DNA from: Candidatus Omnitrophota bacterium | Lineage (GTDB): Bacteria; Omnitrophota; Gorgyraeia; 2-01-FULL-45-10 | Reading direction: 5' to 3' | DNA: 64,000 nucleotides | Assembly (NCBI GenBank): GCA_030695905.1 | Contig: JAUYOL010000011.1 | Span: 7,887-71,886, forward strand | Shown: piece after piece, positions 49,291 through 59,700 of the stretch | How the letters are laid out: each line of letters opens with the position of its first letter | Numbering within the stretch: the first letter of the stretch is position 1 | The notes under the pieces: model-generated | What the model was told of the DNA's origin: nothing | Seen by the model: the letters and a program-made list of their open reading frames with translations, nothing else | Database searches by the model: none | Program-made: the position numbers and the translations under genes

Positions 49291-50657
49291 CCGGTCACGC
49301 CGTATGTTCTCATTCTAAAAGACGCTCCAAGCGCCTGGGCAGCGGCCTGGCACCCTTTTATATCCACTTCCGGCAGACTAAGGCATGTGATTTCTGTCTC
49401 GATCTTATTTTCCACACAATCTTTGATAAACTTTACCACCGCCTTGTATGTCTTTTCGCCAAATTCAGGTTTACAGATTTTATTGTATAATTTTTCATTA
49501 TCCGTGTTTAAGCTTATCGATACCCTGTCTATCAATCCCGCGAGTTCTTTCGCTATCGGCCTGCCGTTTATAAGGTCGCCGTGGCCGTTTGTGACAAGCC
49601 TTATAACAGCGCCTTTGGCCTTTAAATCATCCGCAACTGCTTTAACAATATCGAGCCTTGCCGTAGGTTCTCCATAGCCACAAAATACTATCTCCTTGTA
49701 CTTTTTCGGATCAGACCCTACCGCTTTCAGCACCTCTGTCAATGTCGGTTCTCTATCCAGTTTAAGATTATGGCCTTTGACAAACGCCGTCTGGGCCCTT
49801 ACGCAGAAATAACAGTTGTTTGTGCATCTGTTGGTAATGTTAAGATACAGGGAATCTCTTATTTCATACGCTATCTTGGAATATTCCTCATCGATCCCTA
49901 AAGAAAATAAGCCGTTGGCATTATGTGTGGTAATTCTCGCTATATCATCCTTTGTAAGTCCGGTTATTTTAGACCATTCATCGACTAAATAAGTAAGATA
50001 AGACGGTTCATTGCGTTTACCCCTCAGGCCTTCGGGTGATAAAAATGGCGCGTCCGTCTCCAATAAAATTTTTTCCGTCGGAACTGTCCTTGCCGACTCT
50101 CTTAGAGCCTGGGCTTTCTTGAAAGTGAGATTGCAGGTGAATGAAATATATAGCCCCATATCAAGACACGCTTTCAAAAGCTCACCGCTTCCGGAGAAAC
50201 AGTGGATGACGCCTCTTATCTTGGGACCGTATTCTTTCAGAATGCTTATGGTATCGTCGTCCGCTTCCCGTGAGTGGATTATAAGAGGCAGCTTTACCTC
50301 CTGCGCGAGCTGAATGAATCTTTTGAATATTACTTTCTGGGTTTCTTTGGATGAAAGGTTTCTGTAATAATCAAGGCCCACCTCTCCAATGGCAACCACC
50401 TTCTTATTTTTAGCCAGAGCCTTTATATCATCCACTACTTTGTCGGTAACTTTACTTGCGTCATGCGGATGTACTCCGACGGAAGCGTAGACAATATCAT
50501 ATTTGTCCGCAAGCTCCACGCACCGGCGGCTTCCCTCTATGGAGCTGCCTACATTAATGATTCGCGCAACTGCGGCCTTAACGGCCCTATCCAAAACGGC
50601 CCCCCGATCCGCGTCAAAATCCTTAAAATCGAGGTGGCAATGTGTGTCTATTAGCAT
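49287..50657 (-). CDS. TatD-family metal-dependent hydrolase fused to a C-terminal radical SAM domain
   Basis: N-terminus LIDTHCHLD...GEVGLDY...HCFSG (TatD). C-terminal half has NITNRCTNNCYFC (CxxxCxxC) plus GYGEP. Confidence 0.75.
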   Translation of the reverse strand: MLIDTHCHLDFKDFDADRGAVLDRAVKAAVARIINVGSSIEGSRRCVELADKYDIVYASVGVHPHDASKVTDKVVDDIKALAKNKKVVAIGEVGLDYYRNLSSKETQKVIFKRFIQLAQEVKLPLIIHSREADDDTISILKEYGPKIRGVIHCFSGSGELLKACLDMGLYISFTCNLTFKKAQALRESARTVPTEKILLETDAPFLSPEGLRGKRNEPSYLTYLVDEWSKITGLTKDDIARITTHNANGLFSLGIDEEYSKIAYEIRDSLYLNITNRCTNNCYFCVRAQTAFVKGHNLKLDREPTLTEVLKAVGSDPKKYKEIVFCGYGEPTARLDIVKAVADDLKAKGAVIRLVTNGHGDLINGRPIAKELAGLIDRVSISLNTDNEKLYNKICKPEFGEKTYKAVVKFIKDCVENKIETEITCLSLPEVDIKGCQAAAQALGASFRMRTYGVTG

Positions 50658-50702
50658 GTGGTTATCTCTTGTATTGTTTTGTTATAATATCATAAAGGGT
50701 GG

Positions 50703-50738
50703 GCAAAAACAAGTAGGGCACCTTTAAAGGTGCCCTAC
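50703..50738 (-). terminator. Rho-independent terminator of the giant gene (13-bp stem GTAGGGCACCTTT/AAAGGTGCCCTAC plus T-run)
   Basis: Perfect palindrome 50713-50738, followed on the minus strand by TTGTTTTTG. Confidence 0.75.
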
Positions 50739-50750
50739 ATTATGTATCCA

Positions 50751-50785
50751 TAACCGTCTTACCCACCGGGTGGGTAAGACGGTTA
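50751..50785. repeat. 35-bp palindromic element taaccgtcttacccacc-g-ggtgggtaagacggtta, 10 nt downstream of the giant-gene stop
   Basis: Read directly. A second copy at 60629-60659 differs by compensatory substitutions, and related copies sit in tsaB and in gene 1. Confidence 0.7.
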
Positions 50786-50794
50786 ATTTGTACG

Positions 50795-53700
50795 TTACGC
50801 CGAGATAAGGGTTGCGGCGACTTTCTCGTAATCAGGCTTGTCATAAGCTTGAGCGGGCCTGTAAGCAAGAATACCGCGTATAAGCTTACCTATCTCATTC
50901 TTGGCGATAGCCATGATGTAATCGTCAATCGCTATCTTTTCAGCAAATGTAAAGTGCGATTTTAAGTAGAAACTCAACAACCTGTATACAGACGAACTTA
51001 CGTCTATCTTTTCATCTACTGCGCGCATAAGTAACATTACAACATATGTATCCTGCTGGAATTGCTTCCTGTAGGGGTCTTTAGCACCCTTTGCGGTCAA
51101 TAGCTCATTCCTGTTAGCTATCATAAACCGTATGCCGGCATCTTTAAGTGCCTGATAATGCCTTTCTTCAAACCTTCCATCCGGCAGCTCATTCGGAAGC
51201 AGAACTATTGTTCTGTCCTTTACAGCGTCCGGATTAGCAAGGACACTGTGAATAAATTCATCTGCATCGCGTCCGCTTACACTATCGAGATTAAACCTGT
51301 CGCCATAATTTATCTGAGCTTCTTTTAGCTCGCCGTTTGCAAAGAATTCAGAAGTAACAAGCAGTGTGAAGCGGGTATCGGCTTGAACCGGGATCTGAAC
51401 GCCCGCCTCGTTGGCAAGTTGAATTGCGGCGTTGATCTCAATTTCAGCTGACCTATTCATTTCCGCTACTGTAAGCCTATCGGGTACATGACGCAATGAC
51501 ACAGACTGTGGCCGTTCATCTGCTGTCGTTGTTGCTGACTGCGTAAGCACGGGCTCCACGGCAAGTTTAATAGTTTCCGATCTTTTGCCAAGCACGACAG
51601 GTTGTTTATTAAAAGGAAGGATCGACTCAACAAGCGCTTTTGTATTGCTCGCGCCCAACTTATCGAATATGGTTGCAAATTCTTCATATAATGCTTTGTC
51701 AACAGCGGCACGTACATGAGGTGGTAAATTCCAAAGCATATCCTTGAATGGCGCCGGAAGTTCCTTCGCGGCATCCTTTAATGTCCCTTTTAGCCCCTTA
51801 GGCATAAAATCACCCATTATTTCGGTAATGATCTCTGCGCGGGACTTCCCGGATTGAACGGCAGCAAGTTCTCTATACATGGTGGTTTTCTTTCCATCAT
51901 CTTTAGCGGCCGCTATAGCAAGATCCGCATTCCCAAAGGCCAGATTCCACATAGGCCTGAATTTTTTGGAAAAATTTTCATCCCTTGCCATCAAAGCCTC
52001 AAGCCATTTCGCCATAGCTTCGCCGACTTCCGGCATCATATCGGCAACTATACCGAGCTCTATCTTCTGGTATTCGGTGGCAAGATGCACTTCTCCCACA
52101 TCGCCTTGTTTCATCTTACCAAAATCTTCCTTTTCAAGAGTAGAAGCGCCGTGCTGAACAAACACAGGAATACCGATTCTTTCCCAGTATCTAACATGGC
52201 GCCGATAGATACCAAAGTCTATTTCTCCACCTACGCCATGCATGGTACCTGTCTGAAGGCTTATCTTGCTTGGCCCGACCAGGCCCTCGGCTTCGGCCAT
52301 TGCCAGAATGGTCTTTGCCAGCGTAACCGATCCCAACACAGTGCTTGGGTTATTCTTATGCTTCGGGTTATCTATGTGGCGCTCTTCTATGCCTATTGAG
52401 ACAGGCATTGTCAGTCCTAACTCTTCCTCCAATGCCCTGATATAACGAATAAAACGCATTGTGATCAAAATGCTTGGCCGGTGCATATTCTTGTATAGTC
52501 TTTCTAAATGCTCTTGATGCACTGGAGTTAAAGATTTAATGTCGCCCATCTCTATCTCGTCCACCAGGCGTCGCCAGAGGGACTTTCTGCCATTGTCATC
52601 AAGCCCGTAAAGGAGATAGACGTTCTGATCCAAATATTCACGCACAAAAGCATTCTCAAGTTGTGTAATCTTGTTCAGGGTCCCCTCGTCAACCAATGTG
52701 GAAGGATCAAGATCGATATTGTATACACCCGCCAGCATGGATTTACGAATAAGCTCTTCTATAGCTTTTAATTCTTTTTCTCTCTCATCACCGCCTTTAT
52801 CATATTTCTCCTTGTTTACCTGATAATGGTCGCCCTGGGCAAAGATGAGGCCTTCATAACCCTGCTTAATGGCCGCCGCAATACTGACAGCAGTGAACTC
52901 AGCCATATCCTGCGCCGAGTAGCGCATCTCTGAGCGGGCTAATTCCAATAACAGAACGCCGACATTCTTGTCTTTGGCAGCGCGAAATAACTGCTGGTAT
53001 TGATGGTAAACATCGGTCCTTCCGTTAACAGCGGGGACTGTTATTTTACCCCACTTCCCGTCTTTTTTGGCGGCATAGAAATCATTGATCGAGGCGAGCT
53101 TCAGATTGAAACTGATCGCCGCTTCGCGCAATATTCTTTGAGCGGCAGCTTTCACGTCCGGATTCTCGCTGAAGGCCGATTCAAACGCCAGATAATCAAC
53201 TGTCTGGGAGTGGAATTTAGCCGCATCGAGAATAATCACCGAGTCCGCCGTCACTTTCAGGCTATCTCCAATATTACGCAGGAGTTCAAAAATATCCCTG
53301 GCTCTCGTCGCTGTTGTCACTGCAGGTACCACTGCCGCCATAAACGCGGATTGCGCTGTGGATTTAGTATTTTCATACGCCAACGGGACATCAGAATATT
53401 TTATTGTAGAAGCATCGGAATCCAGCACCAAAAGATTCTCAGGAGCAGGATGATTCCGGAAGAGTTCATATGCCTGCGAATTGGTTATTTTCGTGTTCAC
53501 AAGAGAAACTACTCTAAGACTTGGAAGGCCGTATAATGGTGCCAGATCAGCGACATCGGTATCATTAAGGTCTAACGAAAACACGCTGCGCTCTGGATAA
53601 CTAAGCAAGCGATCCGCGGGAAGCTCATTACCGCGAACAAACTGCTGCAATACTCTAAGCTGTTCGTCAAAACTGGGCGCGGCCGATATGTTTATCTCGG

Positions 53701-56700
53701 GCAGTTTATTGAGCGACTCGCCGAGGATATTCTTCCTTATTCCGGTCATGCCTTTTTCTACGGTCAGTGCCATATGGATCAGATCGATAATCCTCCTGCC
53801 GAATATGAGGTTGCCGTCCTTGTCAGGCCTGGCTCCTTCGACAAGAGCCTTGAATGCCTCTCCATATTTTTCATCCCGGCTGAGTTTTACAAGCAGCGCA
53901 TCATCGGCCTTTATTGCCAAATTTCCCGCCACAACCATATTAAGCATTTTGCGTGTGATATATATGTTGTGCGCTGTTCCAACTAACTCTGTTAACGAAA
54001 CCGGACCCTTTGACGAAGGGAACAGGGCCACCGCACCGGCCGTTCTATTCTTAACATATCTATAGGATTCTGTCGTTAACAAGGTCTTGGGCGAGTCTAA
54101 TGAATCTATTATCTCATCGGCATCAGGCCTGGCAATTACACAGACATTGGGCCTTCTCATATTAAAAGCTGATTCCGATTGAGAATTTATCGCATCTATT
54201 GCTGCATTAATATCATAACCGCTGGGTCTTTTAACCTTTTCGGAAGGCAAAAGGTCTCTAAGGTTTTCTTTCGGCCCAATAACGCCCAGGACGTTCTTTC
54301 CGCAAAGTTCAGCTTCTGTAAAAATACCGCTATCTTTCAAATCCACTTTACCCATTGCTTCCGATACAGGCCTTGCCCTCATGGTCCTTTGTATATCCAC
54401 AACGGTCCTTGAGCCTTTATCGGCGGCAATACACACACCGCCGTCCGAAATGACTCTTTTTCTTTTGGCTTCTTCTGTAATCAACGGAACGGCTGTAGCA
54501 ATAGCCAGTTCTCCCGTGATAATGTCAATACTATCCTTATTAGGCGCCCTTGACCTTCCGCTGTATCCGGTATCTTCCAGAAAAAGATTTTTATCTCTTT
54601 CTAAGCCTAATTCAACAGCAAGCGCCTCAGCCACAAAGTCTGCTATGCCAAGCTCGGCAAGCAGAGGGTTACCATTGACATCTGTTTTTACATTGGCAAA
54701 CTTTGCCGCCAAAAATTTGTTTCTTTTGAGGATTTTTTGTAGTAGTTGATCCTTTGCCGATACTCTGAACCCCTCCGACACAAATACGGCACTAGCGCCA
54801 TACTCATTCATTCTCGATCTAACCGCTTCGGCTATATCATATAAAGAAACGATAACGCTACCATTAGGACTTACTGACCATTCTGGAACCGCCGCAACGC
54901 TGATAGGCGACTCTAAAGCCCCTGAAACGGTCAAATAGCCCATATCGCGGCCCATCATCTGGAACACGACACATTTCCAGCTGCCGGGCTCGGGTGATGC
55001 GCGCCGTGAAAATTCGTTTGCATTCTGCCCTGCGCTGTCTGCGCCCATCGGGTATACCATCGTATCACCGTCTATCGTCTTGGGAAGGACTAGCACCATC
55101 ATGTCATCTACCTTTGATTCTTTAAATTTCTTAGCTATCTTTGCTGCCTCGCCCATATGGTCATTCCCGCCGACAAAAACCACTGTCTTGCAATAACCCT
55201 GTAAATTCGCCATTGCCTGAAGCGTTAACTCTTCGTTCAGCTTGACCCTCGACGTGCCTTGCGCGGCGCCGGGCTTGTTAAGCAGCTCATCCGCCATTTT
55301 TTGATCCACCCATACACGGTTTTCCGCAAATTCCCCGGATGACTTCACCAGCGTATCCAGGCCGAACCTTTGGATTTCAAGCGTCATGCCAAATCGGGCA
55401 AGAGCCTTTGCCAGTAACGCGAAATAATTATTTACACCCGGCGCTTCTCCGCCGCTTATCATTATTATCACGCGTTTTTCCGGAGGAACTTCACTCGGCT
55501 TGAGCCACGTCTTTACTCTTGTCATCGCAGCTACAGGCTGGTCAACCGTAGGCACAATCACAGGCTTTAATATGTCTTCGATATTATCCTGCTTGCTCCG
55601 AACGGCCTTGACATGCTCTTTAATGAATTGCAGTGAAGCTGCATAATCTTTTTTAAACGCTTCGACCCCGTCTTCCTGCAACTTTGTAGTAATTGCATTT
55701 ATGTCTATATCACATTTGGACAAGGTATACATTACCTCTTGTGCCTGAACCGCTGTCATGTCATTTCTCGGCTCGGCTTCTACGCTGGTAGCCATTATCG
55801 AGGCATGCAATGTATCTTTCGGCATAGTATTAACTGTATTTTGCAAAGGGAGATTTGAAACATACATAAGCGGTGAAAATCTGGCACCATCAGCATAAGC
55901 TTCGTTTGATTTTATCTCCGTAGAAGCCCACAGAAGTCTTTGGGGCGCGGCGCCCATATTCAGAAGCTGTTCCCATAGTCGATGTCGATATAAAAATACG
56001 TTATTAGAAACATCGGATGCAAGCACCGTGTTAGCTATAGCGGCTTTTCCTATAAGGCTCTCCAAAATTGTTATGTTAGCCGCTGTCTCTTTAGGGTTAT
56101 CCGTTCTTGCTTTTTCCTTTGCGATTGCCTTCCTTATCTGCTCATCAGCCGCATCCGGCTTACAGTTCACCCTGCTCACGAAGAAACTCGCAACGGACTG
56201 TATGTCATAGATAGGTTTACGATCGGTAACTCTCCGCTCCAAGCCTCTCATATACGCCCTTGCGACATCTTCATAATTGGAAACCCCGAAAAGAAGAGTT
56301 ACATTGACATTGATTCCATTGTAGGTAAGTTCCTCTACTGCCTTTACGCCCTCGGGAGTAGCGGGAACCTTCACCATGACGTTTGGCATTCCAATCGCGT
56401 TAACTAATCGCATAGCCTCATTAACAGTATTCTGTACATCATACGCATATTTCGGGTTTACTTCTATCGATATATATCCGTCAAGATGCTTTGTCTTATT
56501 AAAGACGGGAAACCATTCCACAGCCATCTGTTTCATATACAATATACATACATAATCGTATATCTGTTCGGGCGTCCAGCCTTCGGCTATACCATGCTGT
56601 ATTTCTTTGTCGAACATACCTGCTTTTATGGCATTGTTAATTATCGTAAGATTTGTGGTTTGACCGGTGACGCCTTTTTTCTTAAAAAACCTGATCTCTT

Positions 56701-59700
56701 CAGGCGTAAACGCGCCATCCGCCCATACGCTCTGTCCTTTTTTACGTAGCAAGGAAATACCTTTACCGGCAAGGAGCCTGGCTGTCTTTACGATACCATC
56801 CTTATCAAAACCGTGTTTTTTATACAGCTCCGCGGGCGTTCCCGATTCGCCGTATTTGTCTATACCAAGGTTTCTGACAAATTGCGGTTTTGCGTTCCGA
56901 CGGGCGAGGATATTATCTATCTTATCTCCGAGTAGTCCCGGCAATGCGTCTATCACGCTTATAATATTTCTGCCACGCTCAATGAGTTTTTCAAAATCCC
57001 TCTTGTTAGCTTCATCAGCCGTTATGGATTTGAGCTGTGTTACATTCACAACCTCTACTGAAAGGCCGTATTTTTCTGAAAGATCCTTGGCCGCATTTAT
57101 CGCTTCAGCTGTTACTACACCGGATGAAACTATTACAATGTCACGGCTTTGGCTCTTTTTTCTATTTTTCCCGGACTCGGTATCAAATATCTTATAGAAA
57201 CCGCGCCTTGCGCCTTCCTGCCAACCTTCGGGTTTATTTTGTATAACCGGAGTATCAAGCCTCGCCGGCCTTATGTAATGTATGCCGCCTTTCTTCTTTG
57301 CAACGTCATATATACCTCTAAACAATACCCTCTGTTCTTCTGCGTCAGCACCTTCATAAGTTTGAACCCCCGGAAGCGCACCAAGAACACCAAGCGAATG
57401 CGCATCCTGGTGAGTTCTGCCATCCGGCCCGGTCGCTAAACCACCGTGCGTTCCAACGATTATTATCGGAAGGTTTGCATTTAATATGGCGTTAAGCTGG
57501 TCGACCATCCTCGTAGTAAATATGCTAAATGTGCCAATAACCGGAATCTTGCCGCACGCAGCAAGGCCTGCGGCAAATGAAACCATATGTGCCTCGCGTA
57601 TACCAACCGGTATATATCTGCCTAAAAGATTATCAGCTGAAAATGTCCCGAATAACTTCGCAAAACCGTCAAATTTATTAGAACCCATCAAGTCTGCCGA
57701 CATTGCAACCACATCAATATTATCCGCGCCGATAAGTGTGAGTTCGTGGCCTGTGGCAGTGCGAGTAGCAACATTTTTGCCCTCAGGATAACCTTTCTCT
57801 AATTCCTGTATAGCTTTTTGAACTGTTGCGCTATTTGTTATCTGACGAAGCGCCTCTCTTCTCGCCCCTACACGCGCTTTATTTTCTTTTTCTATACGCG
57901 CCTTCGTGTCGGCACCTAATGATATTTTCCTGATTAGATCTTCTACAAAAGCCTTTACAGCTTCCCTATGATTTTCGGGAGTGTACCTGCCATTGCTTAA
58001 AACGGCTAAATCCGCGTCTATAATAGCGAGCGCTTCTTTAACTTCGGCTTCTTTAGGCGCTTCACCGTGTTTTGCCATTCCCGGCAGGCCCGCACCTTTC
58101 GTAGTTTTCATTATAACTATAGCCGGCTTACCGTTACCAAGACTTTTCTTTGCTTCCTGAGTAGCTCTCATTACATCTTCTATGTCTTCGCCATTTGCCC
58201 TGACTACATTCCATCCTCTTGCTTCCCAGAGCTTAATTTGGCCTTCGTAGTCAACATCAACATCAGTAACTTTGTTATCTATCTGATATCCATTCCAGTC
58301 AAGAAACGCTACTATCTTAAGCCCCTTTGCCGCCGCTTCTCTATACGTTTCATCTTGCTTCTGTTTTAAAATAGCTCCTGCATGCCTTCCGGCCTCATCT
58401 ACCTGGCCTTCTTCGGTTTCACCATCACCAATTATGCAGTATGTTATATAGTCCTTGTCGTCCATTACTGCTGCAGTCGCCATAGCTACCGCGGCGGAAA
58501 AAGCTACTCCTAAAGGGCCTCCTGAAAACTCAACACCGATCGTCTTCGCCATGTCCGGATGGCCCTGTAAGTCTGATCCGAGCTTTCTCAATGTTTCAAG
58601 GAATTCTTCCACATCCTCGGTCTTCAATTTGCCCTGTTTCTTAAGATCCGCTATACGTTTTGCAAAATACTGTGCGCGCGCCAATGCCGCATATAGGCCG
58701 GGCGCAGCATGGCCTTTTGAAAGGACAAACCTGTCCCTATATTCCCAGTTCGGATCACTTGGATCGTATCTCATGATCCTTTCACCATTAGCATTCGTTC
58801 CAAAATATAGCGCAACGACCGCTTTTAACATAGAAAGCGAACCACCCGGATGGCCTGAACCGGCCTTGTAGATCATACTTACTACATCGCGCTCGAGTAT
58901 CCTTGTTAAAAATTTCAGATCCTGTATTAATCCGGGGCTATTTAGGCGAACACCTGCCGCGAATAAGCACTCGGATATCGCGGCTTCATCCAATAAATTT
59001 AAATCCTTTAATTTCGCCAACACGCCTTCTTCGGTAATGTCATTACGCACACGGTCAACGAGTATTTTCAACACTTTTGTTTGCTCTTCACGCGTTAATT
59101 TGGCAACAGCCGGTATTTCAATTAGCCTTTTCCATACATCTTTTGCCCTGTCATCACTTATCCCGATATCCGGCATATTTTCGTTCATTACTGCGGCTGC
59201 CGCAACAGGAGCTTCGAAATCAGTATCCGTCCTGTACTTTCTGCTGTCGGGACCAACAGAAATATCACCGTACGGCGCCATTGCTTGTGTAATTCGATAG
59301 GCAAGGGTAGCAAATTCATTGTAGGTGAGCTCGCCTACTATGCGCTTTCCGCTCTCCATGTGAGTAAAATTCAAAGTTTTCTTCCCTTGCCAACTATCCC
59401 CACCCTGGCCATCCCTCCTCAGCGTCCTCCACTGCCTATATTTATCCCAATCGCCTTCAAATGCCTCCTTTACGACAGCCAGATGGAAGCTTCTTTCTAA
59501 GTGCTCATGCGCCAATAATTGATCTTTTACGGTTGTAAATCCCCCCATGCCATATAACCACACACTTGTCTCTGTTGTACCCGTTTTGTCTTTATGCCAG
59601 GGGGCAACGGCATATATCCACCCACTTTCAACACCAAAGTGCGCGGCTTGTGAGGACAGCTGTCTTAGAAAATCGCTATACCCGTAGTGCAATTCGGGTC

